64,000 bases of DNA, from contig CM120643.1 of NCBI GenBank assembly GCA_051362555.1, positions 10,044,001-10,108,000 on the forward strand, in the 5' to 3' direction. The stretch comes from Lingula anatina. Taxonomy: Eukaryota; Animalia; Brachiopoda. Made by a program: the position numbers and the translations under genes. The notes under the pieces were generated by a model. It worked only from the letters and a program-made list of their open reading frames with translations. It was not told the DNA's origin and searched no databases. Of this stretch, positions 49,333 to 63,035 are shown piece after piece (the first letter of the stretch is position 1; each line of letters starts with the position of its first letter).

Positions 49333-51253
49333 GGTTTATCGCGTGTCTTTTATTACACCGGTGAAGTTTCTCTACGCTTCCTGGAATGTTAATTGATTTT
49401 CTGTACTGATACTTATTCAAGCCTATAACTCCTTTAACTGAGATTGAGTTGTTTCCCCTGAAATGTTATTTTCAGGCGTATGCCAGCCTGAGAATACAGT
49501 TCACGATTCCTACTTAACGTTGCCTTTCAATCTGGCTCTTTTCTAACACAGTGCCCAAACAGCTCAAATCGTCCAATTCTTCTTAACAGTGGAGTTCGTT
49601 GTGTGCTGCGTCTTTAAAAAGCATGGAACAAAAGATATGCGAGTAACTGTTTGAAAGCACTCTAACACGATGTTGGAAAAGTTCTGGGATCATTTGTACC
49701 TGTACAATCCGCTCCAGTCAATCCAATAGTCACAGAACATACAAACACATTGGCTCTCTAAGCACAAGGCACTTTACATTCTCTTCGTATCGCAGTCGGT
49801 GCTTGGGTTGGTAAACGTACTGAATTAACATGGCGCAATAACATGACGGAAATGACTAAAGTTTTGATCATCCACAGAACGATGCTCATATTTTGAGACT
49901 GAGAGTCGCGTGCTTCTCAAGCTTGAACTGAACTACAGAGTCGTCAAAAATACATCCGGTATAGCTCAGCGGCGGATGAAGATGACTTTAATACATGATT
50001 TCCAGTTCTTTCCAGATACACTAGTTTCGAAAAAAATGACATGGTTTGTTCCTGCTGGAATGCAAAGTCTTCGTTGTTTCACTTTTTCATTTCAAACTTC
50101 TTTATGGCTACTTCATGTAACGTCTTCTTTATGGTAGCTGTTGAAGACGCCCATAGGAATAGAAAAGGCATTCAGAGATTCTTTTTATGCAGCTGTAAGC
50201 CAAAAATGCGCACCTTAAATTCTGTGTTGGGAATAGTAGGAATGAGGTGTTAATGCCCACTGAATTATAGATACATCAGTGAAAAAATCCTCGGAGTGCC
50301 CAAAGAAGTTTACTTAGAAATGATGCGTGGGAAATTATTTGGCGTTAGTCCAGTAGGTAGTTTTGAATCGCTTCTTGTTTTGTCTGGTCTTCGAATGTTC
50401 ACTGGAATCTCAGTAATTACAGCTATATCTTCTAGTGTATTTTTGTTGACCATCGCCTTAATAACAATTACGTTCCTGAGTCTGTCTGTCGATTCCAATT
50501 CCTAAGATCCTTGAATAAAGTGTTTTCACCAAATACTAGTATGTTACCTAAAGCTTCACTAGAGAGACACGTATTTTTATATGTCGTCGGAAGCTCTTGC
50601 ATCACAAGGGAAATCTCGGTTGCTTCATCTTCTCAAGTTCTGCTTTGTTCTCTTAGGAAAAGAAATGCCAAAAAATAACATTTTCCCAGAAGAATCGTCG
50701 TCATAAACCCGGCCTATCCCTGTCGTTTACCGTAGAGAACATTCTGGCAGTACACATCATCTCGGAATGTCAATGATCAATTTCCAACTACGCATGGACT
50801 ACATGACGTGAATGCCAATGTACGCATAACATTAGAACTTCAGCGCCTCATGCGTATGTTAAAGTTCCTCGTACGCGTCACTGCTGCCATGTACATGTAA
50901 CCTAGGACTCGTGCAAGGTGGTTCCTGTTCGAACTTACATGTAATAACTGTCATTTGAAAGATAACATTAAGCTGATGCGAAATGACGTTCAGGACCTAC
51001 ATGCAGTAATAGCCCCAGTGGGAATTTCACTCGTAGTTGCTGTAATAAACTAACTCTTTGAAATAGGAAAATAACGTAAGATCTTTGATATACTCTCAGG
51101 CAAGCCCATGCCGTCAAAGTTCTGCTACATTGATATCTGTCATTCGAGAAATGTGCAGTGTCAGACAGGTTTTGTGCGGTAGTCGATCATCATAGATGTG
51201 GGCGCGCAATATCATTGTTTGTCCGTTAATGTTCGGTTCTCGGTAATTACGAC

Positions 51254-51292
<39 letters not shown>

Positions 51293-54200
51293 CTATATAT
51301 AACGAGTCATTTTGCACACAGAGCCGCAAGCCTGACTATGCTCCCGTTCTATTCAGGGAATTACATCGGAATAACCGATACAATTCCCTGTTCTATTCTT
51401 CTATTTTTTTAATATCATTCCCACATTATATCGCTGTCTTGTATCCTAAACCATTAATTTCGCTACTTCTGTTCAATTAAAAGTATATTTCGATATTCCT
51501 TTCTGTTGTCAATTCAGAAAGTTGATATCTGTCTTTAATTACAACAAATCAAACATCAGGCAGTCTCATGCCACACTCGCTAAAAGCACTACAAGTATGT
51601 TGCTCTGGTCCGAGTACCATCGCCAAACAAATTAAATCCAAACGCGAATTTAACCTCGATGTCTTCTTCATCTACCCTATTATATACAGCCAAAACGATC
51701 CACTGGGTCGATTTAATGCCATCTCATTCCTTAATAGCCCATGGCCCAGTGTTATATCTCTGGTGTTGATTAAAATACAATGGAGAATACAGAAAGAGCG
51801 CCACGTGCTAACCGGCGTGAATGTTACGCACTGCTGGGTGGTGGAGTTAATGGTTATCGAAGGAATGCCTGTCAATATGCAGGGATAAGCTTAAGAGCTG
51901 TTAAATAAAGAAAAGAAAATATATTGAATATATCTCTTATTAAGAATTCGTGTCATGCAAGTTTATGACCATAGGTCTACAAATACCTAATTTGTTGGAA
52001 TACATAATATTATGTCACATTTAGGAAAAGAGTGAAAAAAATAAGCGTCAACTGCCCAATTGTCATTAGTTTGGGAATACTATTTGGAAAATAATATTTG
52101 AAATAATGGTACCCGGTTTCCACTAGTGTGCAGATATTAATTTGAATGCGATAACACTGTTCCAAATCAAATTCTTCACACCAGTACACTGTACTCATTG
52201 TGGCAAATTTTATGATCTTAGTTTCGGAGTTGTATGATTTCGTTACGAAGCCGTAAAAACAATCTGATACACAAAAGTAGGCAGCAAAGCAATTTCGCTA
52301 TTTGAGATGAAGCCGATGGAAAGCCCGCGTACTGCTTCTGTAAGATCTTATTACATATCACCAACCCTGATATTAATCGATAACTTTGCGCCCCCCCCCC
52401 CCCTCCCCACGCACACATTTCGAATAGACGTCAACGTACCCAGTGACGCACGCGCGTGCGCGCGCGCGCACACACACACACACACACAATTAAGACACGA
52501 TTTAAATCACACCAGTAACGTGCAATTAAAACACTTAAAATCTTATTTCCAATATAATGATATAATTTTCTGTATCATCTCGTATCGAGAATATGAACTT
52601 TTCGGTGAAACAGATGTGAAAGAGAAAATTAAGTGAAACAAGACAGAAATGTCCCTTCATTGATCTTTTCAAGGTACTTTGAGTTATCTCCGTTAAAATA
52701 CCCTCTTAATTTCCGTAGAACCATCAAAATGTTATAGGATTCGCCTTTGATAATATCCGTACGGCTTAGTGAGAGCACTTACTGTAAGAACCCAAATCAG
52801 GTTAAAACGTTTGATGACACTCGTTTAACCTTTATTGTTTTGTTTTTGTCCTGTTTCAGTATATCACTTGCCTTTGGAGCTCATATTTCAGTTCATTATT
52901 ATGCTCTGAAGTTAAAATAAAGGGCTTTTTATTTCTCATTTCTTGACCTGATCGAAGGCAGCCATAGATCCTGCTCCCTCAACTATCCTACATATGCTCT
53001 ATCCTAGAAAAGCTGTAAATAAAGAACTCAAAATAAGTTAATTAAATCGGTTAACCGGTTTTCCTTTCAGTGCTACAAAATTTACAATAATTTTCTTTCC
53101 TTTCCAACGTCTGTCCATCATTTACACGTATCTGTGCGCGGCGTTGACGTTGAGGGCTATTTTAAAATACATACCACTACATTGACCCTTGTTTCATAAA
53201 GTTAAAACTAAAACGTTTTTTATTTGTTGTTGTTAAAATAGTTCTAAGCGCCGTTTGATGCTGAAGACGTAATATTCCAGGAGTTGAAACGACTTACCGT
53301 GGTCCTTAATTAACCAATGACATATCAGTATACGATAACCGCGGTGGCGTCAAATAAGAAGTCGTAGGACCGGTCCATATGATCTTATCTTACAGATGTC
53401 TAAAGCTGCCGTACGAGCTGTCCTAACAGTTTACGCTGGATGAACTAAGTGCACACATTTTTGCAAGCATTATATAGCTATATTTCTGCAAGAAGTATTT
53501 ACTTTTTTGTCACCTTCTGGACTTAATGGCCTTGAAGTGTATTTCAAAGTTACCTCTTACTGCTTCACAGTAGGCGCTTGTCTACCACTGTTTTTTTTTC
53601 TCTATAAATATCCTGTCAAAGCCTATCCAGTCTTATTCAATACTGATTGTTTTGGTCACATCTGTAAAAGAAAATTTCTCCCCCTATCAAAAATTTGCAT
53701 TCAAAAGCACATGCTTGTGCATCTATGCCAACGGGTTTGTTAGACTTTTAGAGGTGACATACATGGTTGTCTATGTAAAATCGTATTTTGTAGCCCTCAT
53801 CCTTGGACACTTGTCTCATTAAACATACTCTAGCATTTTCGTTAACGTATTTTTATGAATATACAAAACTACAGCACGACAATTGCTGGGTAATATGAAA
53901 ACGCCCACAGAAGTGGCTATTTTCGTTTTTTTTCACTATAGCACTCCAGTATATTTAAAAACGCCAAATAAAAACTTATTTGCTTTTCTTATATTCATTT
54001 TACACGTAAACATGTAGTTAGTATGAAAAAGCATAGAAGTTGGAGATTTCCCTAGACCCAAGCAGGTAGGCGTCACATCGTTTTACACGAGTTTTAGTTT
54101 AACATGATTTCAGGGCCATTACCCTTCTGTCTTTCTCGATTTATGAAGCGTGCGACAATATCACCCCGTGAGGATGATATCCATAGCGTTTAACAGGATT

Positions 54201-54796
54201 AAAAAAAGACCGCTGGGCCTTTGTGGACTCGTCTCTTTCAATCAGCGACAAACACTCTCGATCTCTCAAAGGCAATTCTCATCACGCTCGTAATGGAGAT
54301 GAATTCTTGGTGCAGCACTAAATGAAGACTCCAAAACCAGGATTATAGATCGTTATTTTCTCGACGGGTTTGGATAGTGTATAGCTTGGTATTTAGGGGA
54401 ATGGTTGGAAATTTTAGGAAAATTTATACAGGGTATTTTGTTACATAAAGGCGTAACGCGTGTTGTGCTATTAAATTGTCACTTTTGCAAACCCACTTAT
54501 TTGATATCATTTGTGAGATTATAAATGACCGAGAAACACATGTAATGCACATTCGGCTTATCTATTCCACGGCATTAAAGATGGCGCGGTCATTCTCGTA
54601 ATGATTCTTTTCTGCGGGGTGCTTGATTACTAGTAAGTCAAACACTCCGTCAGCAACAAATTCCTCAGTTGCCCTATGGCCTGTCAAGTAAGGGGCAGAC
54701 AGGTCGCATTGTATGTATATAACGCATGCTGCCGTGAATACTTCATTTTTCATACCTTGAAATATAGGGTGGTTCGCATTTAGGTTCAGAATGATA

Positions 54797-54844
<48 letters not shown>

Positions 54845-55929
54845 AAGATTTTCCCTCATTTAGCTGATGTTACAGTCCACCTTTCACTGGCTTAAACTAA
54901 GCGACTATGTTTATCAAAGTATCGATAACAGGAACAGATGGCATTGACTTCAGATGTGATTTTTTACCTATTGAAGTGCCTGGAAGCAGCTAATACACTA
55001 ATTGGGTGTGAAGGTATCAATCAGTTGGAGGGGGGGGGGGGGGGGGGGTAACTCCGTAACCGCCGGAGAATTGGTGTAATTACCGACAAAAGTAAACGTA
55101 AAAAGAACAAACGAGCACGACAGACTTTTCGATGTGATCTTTTAAACCGATTTTAGACTGTCTTGTTTACAAACATTCAGTGAAAATTGGTGTAATTTAA
55201 CGTTCTTAGTGATTAGTTCTAAGCTTTGTAAATAAATCAGTCGAACCCATTTCTAATACTCAGGCACATCCCCGTTTCACCTTTAATTTTTATTCCAATG
55301 CGAGCCCTTGCAATAGAGAAAATCAAGAAACCGAAAATAGCACTTTCATCCACAAACCGTCAATATGACGTCACGAGAAACGGCCACACTTTATCCAAAG
55401 ACACATCAAGTCCACGAACACTATATATTATGATATTTTTGTAACAGCCAGTATTATGTAAAAGCGTTTTATAGCATAATTTGTTTTAGAGGGTTCCATG
55501 TATATATTAATTAACGGGGATTTGTTAATATTAAGAAAGACAAATTGAATTTGTTTTAATCCCCTGAAGAGCCTAGCCATTTCCGTTTTCAACATTTTCA
55601 TTATTCGGCACCCAAAGGTCTATAATCACACGCATAAACCCTACCTTTTACATTATATCAGTCTGAAGTATTTCTTCGGACCTCCACAGATGATACGACT
55701 GCATTGTTCTGTCCCCTATCCAAATCAGAAATTCAGACATTATTGAAATACAGGCTCGATTTATATAAACCATTATACCTTAAATGACTGCATAAACTTC
55801 GAATGATCCGTAACTGCGTATGTGGTTTATCTTATTAAATGTCGTTAAATTGCTAATATCCGTCCAAAGTTAATCAGACATAAAATGGAATCGGACGCGA
55901 TAAAGGCGGGAAAGCTTTTGACCTAGGCA

Positions 55930-55961
<32 letters not shown>

Positions 55962-56480
55962 CTTATTATTATAATTCATCATTAAAACAAAAGAATAAAT
56001 AAATCTACGTGTAAGTAAATCAGTATGTCAAAATTTAGCACAATCTTTGTCAGACAACCAAATAGGACACGCAAATTTAAGTTTTTGAAATAGAATATTG
56101 GAATTTTTCAAATCGTTTCCGTTTATTTTCTTCTGTCCCTCTAGCTGTCTGTGACCAGCTTACTAACGTACAGAGTAACTTGAAGTAACCCGTACACTAC
56201 CAACCAGCCGCGCAACACAAGTAACCAACCAACCAAGCAACCAACATAACCAACCAATTGCACGACTGAAGTAACCATAACAATGATATCAACCAATCGC
56301 ACCACCCCAGCAAACATCCAAGTCAAATAAACCAACCAGTTGATGGCACAAATAAATCGTCTTGTAATTAAGCAGCTAAAAAGACATCATCTTTCTCTCC
56401 CCCCCCCAGTATATCTTTATTCAATCCCTGTCGTCTGTTGCATCTAAATTTTTCACTGGATGTACAAAGTACACATGCCG

Positions 56481-56615
56481 CAGGCCCGTAGCCAGGGGGG
56501 TTCGAAAAGGTCCACTCTGGGTAAAATTTGATCTAGGTTCATGAAGTTTTTATGGAAAAAGGTCCACTTTTTCAGAAAAAGAACCCCCCTTTTGAAATTG
56601 CTGGCTACGGGCCTG
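56481..56615. mobile_element. MITE, CAGGCCYGTAGCC-terminus family
   Basis: Perfect TIRs CAGGCCCGTAGCCAG / CTGGCTACGGGCCTG, flanked by the 5-bp direct repeat TGCCG. Inverted, shorter relative of 13172-13349. Confidence 0.85.
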
Positions 56616-57129
56616 TGCCGAGTTATTAGAGTAAGTCAGAATAGCAGGACAGATGAATTAGACATACTGTGTCGATATACGAACAGGAGGTAATCACCTA
56701 TACCTCTTAGTGAATTAGTGTTAATTCTGTTGATCACTTTATACCTCCGCTGCATGGTAAGATAAAATCAGTAAAGACAAAATTGGCATGCCAACTTGTT
56801 TTTTTTTCTGAGATACGTTATTCGATGGAAACGAACCAAAGCTGTTAAAAACGTATATTTTCCTTTGCGCCAGAACCCAACAGATTACGTAGGCCTCTTT
56901 TCAGTGGGCGATCGATGTGATTCAAGTAATTGAAAAACAAATCTGTGGTGCGTTGCCGTAATGCCAAATTAATTAAACGCTATACGCTCGGGGGAGAGGG
57001 GGCATTGTTTCCGTATTCAATAAGTCACGCGCCAGGAATAAGATAACGAACCTGAGGCGGAGGGCATCAATCACGGGGTCTTTGATCTTCGCATGCCCTA
57101 CAATACTGGTACATGACCAGCTGAAGGCC

Positions 57130-57392
57130 CGTATAACAGAGAGTCCGTCCTCCATTACATTCATATAGGGCTAGCTTCATAGAGGGTTAGCTTGACGCAA
57201 GTGCATCAACAACTAGGACAGCTCTTACCTGTGTACAAATGAAAAGAAACCCGGTGTCGTGTACCATGACAGAGAGTCCGCTTCCCATTATTTGATGCAG
57301 GTGAACCTCGCCCTAGATTTTGACCCACTTACACAGGTCAGAGTGACCCTAACCATTATAACTATATGGAGGGCGGACTTTCTGTCACACGG
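57130..57392. mobile_element. Degenerate non-autonomous element(s) with direct and inverted ACAGAGAGTCCG motifs
   Basis: ACAGAGAGTCCGTCCTCCAT (~57136), ACAGAGAGTCCGCTTCCCAT (~57269) and inverted ATGGAGGGCGGACTTTCTGTCAC (~57367). Similar to motifs in 27722-28048. Confidence 0.45.
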
Positions 57393-59397
57393 ACCCTCAG
57401 TTTCGTGACACTGGGCCTGTATCACAGAGGGCTCTCTTGGACGTGGCAACAGAGGCACAACTGCATAGTAGGCCTATATGTGCCAAATTTTAGACACCAA
57501 CAACAATCTGGCTGATTGTTTATGGTTAAAGACTTATAATAATCCACACAATGCAAGTCATAAAAAAGATAAGTGGGTATACAGAGTTTCTGGGAAAATG
57601 ACTGACAAAGATGATTGCCCGGCTGAAATCTTATTTAAAAATATGGCGTGGAGCAGAATAAAGAAATAGCTGGTGATTATACGAGTACCTTGGAAACCTG
57701 AGGAGGCATGTTCATCTTTTTGGCTGATTGCATTCAGCGAAAGTCCCCACGGAGTTGGATTGATTCATGTAAAACGATAGTTTCTTTGGGAATGTGCCCC
57801 AAGTCAGGCGTGCCAGCCTTCAAGGCACGTTGTTTTTTTTTTCAGTTTTGCCATAGCTCGGTGTCTCTAACACAATCATTCGAATGGAATCCACTATACT
57901 TGTACATATTGGAGTATTATTATTATTCGATTTCAAGTGACAGGTATGCAGGAAATCAAAGGTTATATTTGTGGGACGTAGTGACACTTCTCGTGAATGA
58001 AACACGTTACATTCAACTCTACCAGCCTGAACTAGCCACAATGATTTGTTACATATAGCGCACTGGTAATGGTAATGCTAAACATAATTAAAGTCATAAT
58101 AACTCTTCGTTTTGGCCAAAAACGTTTCCACAATGATTAGTAAATACAGAGCACTGGTAATGGTAATGCTAAACATAATCGCCACCAATTTCTAATTATT
58201 TTCTACAGGTAACATGGATATTCAAAGATGTAACTTGCACAGGATTTCAAGGCCATGAGATTTAATTCATTGAAAATATCAATATGTGAAAAATGAAATT
58301 TTCTCAAAAGACTGCATTACTCCAAAGAAAAGAATTCAGTTAGGCAGGTTTCCCAACTTAAGCTGTATTTCATTAATTACCTTTTGTGGTGTTTATTTCA
58401 CAAGTAAGTAACATGGTTTTCCTTTAGTGGTCTCTATAGTGACAGTGGCTAAAATACTTTCAATTTCTCCATTTTTGGTGCAAAATAACATTATGCTTTA
58501 CAGCATAATCACCACCAATTTTTAATTTTGTACTGCAGGTGACATGGATATGCAAAAATGTGACTAGCAAAAGGAAGTCGGTCCATGAAGTTCAAAGTTA
58601 CACCTTGAAGAAGCCACGCAGTGAAAGAAAAAGGACCAAAAAAAGAAGAAAGAACTGCATAACTTCAAGAAAAAAAAAAAAAAAGAAATGACCCAATCAG
58701 GCTGTTTTTTTTTTTACCGAGAATGTTGCTATAGTAAAAGTGATCACTCCTGTAAGTTTGAAATCAATATAGTCCTATGGTTTTTCTACTTATCATATGT
58801 TATCACTGAAAGTGCATAATGACCACGCTTACGACAACAGACACAGGTGATGACTATATGAGCAGTCACTGACTGTACATTAAAATATGTGTGCTAAATA
58901 AAAGATAACAGTGAAAATAAGCTTGATTGAAAGATTTATTCACATTAGAATGAAATAAATCAATGAAAGCATACATGTACCTCAAATTTTACTGTATAAT
59001 TTTTAGTACTTTATGACATGAAGTCAGTCAAATAAAGACAAATTTATAAATCAATTTTAATTAAAAGACAGTTTAAGGATCCTCTGATTGAATAATGACT
59101 TATCTGCATAATTATGGTTTAATGATAGCACAGTAAATAACTTTAACTATCTTTTTAAAGTTTCTTGATCACAAATATCTCATTATCATGAACATGTTAT
59201 ATAATTAAAATTAACGATCATTATTTTTGCACTGGCATGGAAGGTTTTCATGGAAGCTAGGTTATCTAACTCACTTTACATTATCATCTTACATACCTCT
59301 GGTATACCAGTATGTAATATTAATTTGTATTATACTCTTCTACCATACGTAAACACACTGGTGTTTGTAGATATAATGACTCAAGTCAATCCACAAA

Positions 59398-59424
59398 AAA
59401 AAAAAAAATAAATAAAATAAAAAA

Positions 59425-59467
<43 letters not shown>

Positions 59468-59500
59468 AATAAAATAATAATAATAATAAATAAATAAATA
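59398..59500. repeat. (AAAT)n microsatellite
   Basis: Directly visible. Confidence 0.9.
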
Positions 59501-60139
59501 TATTTAATATATTAAATAACACTAAAGAGTGTAGACTTCCTCTAAGGCAACTCAATTCTCATTATTATTAATAATTATTTACCAATAACTAATAAGTTGA
59601 TCAATTAATTCAGCGCTGATAATTATGTATAGTTTTAATCTATTTATTGTTATATCCACTCTTATCTAGCCTATTTCTGAACTATCCTTAAAATTTTATC
59701 AAAACCTCTCTTTAACCTTTTGCATAATGTTGCTAACAGACGTGATTGATTGACTAATTAATTATTTACTAATTTATGGATCACCACTAAAATCTAGTTA
59801 CTTGTTCCCTTCTTACCTATTTCTTTAAATTTAATCAAAATCCATCAAAGAGTTTTTCCATAATGTTGCCAGCGGACAAACAGAATTAAAACATAATATC
59901 CTTGGTGGTGGTAATAAAATAAATAAAATTATAATAAAAAGAATCAACAACAATATGTAACACACAAGAGGAGACCACACGCTATAATGCCAAATTGCCA
60001 ATTTACAACAGTTCCTGAACCTCATCAACCTATCCACTTAACAAAAAACAATTCACAGAAAAAAATTAATACTTAACCAACCTTGATCTATTTATAGAAA
60101 ATAATACTGTGACATTAAAATAGTTTGAAGAATTAGAAT

Positions 60140-60140
<1 letters not shown>

Positions 60141-60180
<40 letters not shown>
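60141..60180. repeat. (GT)n microsatellite
   Basis: Directly visible. Confidence 0.95.
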
Positions 60181-60187
<7 letters not shown>

Positions 60188-60649
60188 ACATCTGTCAAAT
60201 CTGTCATACATTTACATTATTTGTTCCTGTTAAGCATTTAAATATAAAATATTTCATATTATATGCTTAAAATGATGTTTAAAGGAACTGAGATGGAAAA
60301 CAATAATAAAAAAACAACATAACACCATCACTTATAAATGAGTAGCATAACACCTTCCTGACATTACACTAGGTCTGTATGCCTATATGGCATGTTTACA
60401 GAAAGTGACCACATACCTCTTGCTATTTTGCTAAAAGGCCAATTTTCAGCAGCCCCTGACTTATCAACATATCCACTTAACAAAAACCATTCCATGGAAA
60501 AATTTAATACTTCAACAACCTTGATCTTTTTATGGAAAATAACACTATTTCTGTTTCATTTTTTCTTTTTTTTACATGTTTATTCCTAAACACAAAGTCA
60601 ACTAACTTTAAAAGGCAAAATCCATTTTATAATACATTCAATTAAGCTC

Positions 60650-60913
60650 AATCAAGGGTTCAACTGTACAGTCTATAGCCTAAATGTTAAAAATTACAGG
60701 AACCTCTGGAACATAAGTAATTCAGATTTTGTCATTTTTTCCTAAAGCCTTATGTTTTATCATATGTCATCAAATAAGCATTTGGTATTATACTTGAGCA
60801 AAACTACATCCTATGTATACAAATTTTATAAACTACATTAATCTAAATAATGAGCCATATGTGGCCTAATGAACTAAATATCAAATTCCCTTACAAGTAA
60901 ATATACCAAGCTC

Positions 60914-60945
<32 letters not shown>

Positions 60946-62460
60946 GTGTCCCTAAAATTATAAAGGAAAAATTGCAGGTAACCCTGAAATTTAAATTATT
61001 ACATCTCACTGCTTGTGATATCATCCTATAAACAACTGGGTCAGTGGCAGATTTAGGGGGATAACCTCAATTTTTCAAAGGCCGCACTTTTTCTTGTTTT
61101 TTTACATATTTATGCCTAAACACAAAGCCAACTAACTTTAAGGTAAAATCCACGTTTTTAAGAATTATAAACAATAATTGATAAGAAAATTAGATCATCC
61201 TATTGTTAAAATTATTAATACTATTGTTAAAATTATTGATGGTATTTTACCTACAAGTAAAAAGATCCATTCATTAGACAGTAGACCCTTTATCAAAGAG
61301 TTATCATCTGGAATAACCCAGTGTTTAGTATACATGTATGACATATGACATATGTACAGTTAACACTGGCATCTTTCTTCTCTAAATCTATCCTCAGGTA
61401 AAACATACACCTTCACTATTTTAAAACATACTACTGAGTACGTGTTGTGCATAATAGTATACTTCTAAATACAACTAATATTACTTACTATATGTTTCAG
61501 ATATATAATGCTTTATTTTATAATACATACATCCAAGCACAATCAAGGGTTCAACTGTACAGTCTATAGCCTAAATGTTAAAAATTACAGGAACCTCTGG
61601 AACATAGGTATTTCAGATTTTGTCATTTTTTCCTAAAGCCTTATGTTTTATCATATGTCATCAAATTGGTATTATACTTGAGCAAAACTACATCCTATGT
61701 ATACAAATTTAATAAACTACATGGATCTACATAATGTGCCATACATGTATGTGGCCTAATGAACTAAATATCAAATTCCCTTACAAGTAAATATACCAAG
61801 CTCCTATAGAAAAACACACTGTTCCTAAATTATAAAGGAAAAATTGCAGGTAACCCTGAAATTTAAATTATTACTACTCACTGCTTGTGATATAATCCTA
61901 TAAACAACTGGGTCAGTGGCAGATTTAAGGGGGGTAACATTAATTTTTCAAAGGCCCCACTTTTTCTTGTGTTTCTTTTTCTGTGTTTCTAAATACAACT
62001 AATATTACTTACTATATGTTTCAGATATATAATGCTTTATTTTATAATACATACATCCAAGCACAATGAAGGGTTCAACTGTACAGTCTATAGCCTAAAT
62101 GTTAAAAATTACAGGAACCTCTGGAATATAATTAACTCCGATTATATCATTTTTCCTAAAAGCCTTATGTCTCATCATTTGTCATCAAATAAGCATTTGG
62201 CATTATACTTGAGCAAAACTACACCTAACTATACAAATTTTATAAACTACATGGATCTAAATATAATGAGCCATATGTGGCCTAATGAACTAAATATCAA
62301 ATTCCCTTACAAGTAAATATACCAAGCTCCTATAGAAAAACACACTGTTCCTAAAATTACATGGGAAAATTGCAGGTAACCCTGTAATTTAAATTACTAC
62401 TATTTACTGCTTGTAATATCATCCTATAAACAACTAAGTCAGTGGCAGATTTAAGAAGGG
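60650..62460. repeat. Three-copy tandem duplication of a ~450-525-bp unit
   Basis: AAT.AAGGGTTCAACTGTACAGTCTATAGCCTAAATGTTAAAAATTACAGGAACCTCTGGAA begins at ~60650, ~61541 and ~62065. Each copy runs to GTCAGTGGCAGATTTA. Confidence 0.9.
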
Positions 62461-62755
62461 TGTCAGGGGGTCCTGACCCCCCAACCTCCTTCAATTTCTG
62501 AAAGAAATCACACCAATGGTCCCCTCTTTAAATTAGAATTTTGCCTAGCTGAATCATAGTTCTAAATCGTACCATACGGCACTGTTGTCCTCTAAAATAC
62601 TCAAATTTTAGGGCCCCTTCAGCAGGCCCTGAACCCCATGCCAGGGTGGGGTGGGGGGGTGGGGGGAGGGGGAAGAAGGGTTGACTTTGCATTCGCGATC
62701 TGTCATTCCTAAAAAAAAGGACACCCCCCTTCAAATAATCCTGGACCTGCCCCTG
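62440..62755. mobile_element. MITE-like element with CAG(T/G)GGC(A/G)G termini
   Basis: CAGTGGCAGATTTAAGAAGGG ... CCCCCCTTCAAATAATCCTGGACCTGCCCCTG. Confidence 0.55.
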
Positions 62756-63035
62756 TGGCTCTTTTACACCTCATTCCAATTCTAATATAAGCCCACTCAT
62801 AAAACAAGTTCATTTGTTGTCCTCAAAATCAACCATCTGTACAAAGAGGACCTTTCCTAAGGAGGTCAGAGGTCATTACTGAACTTCACAAGGGACACTT
62901 TTCCCCTTTAAAACATTACTGGGTGTGGGGCCACAGAAACAATGTATTATCATGAATCAAGAGACATTGGTTGAAAAAGCCAAGACACGTTCTGGTCATA
63001 TTTTCTGTTATGATTTGGCCATTAACAAGACATTA

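Noticed and set aside
49900-52000. Short ORFs upstream of the second GPCR as a possible third, decayed GPCR
   Set aside because: No TM pattern or GPCR motifs recognisable in the frames I could read.
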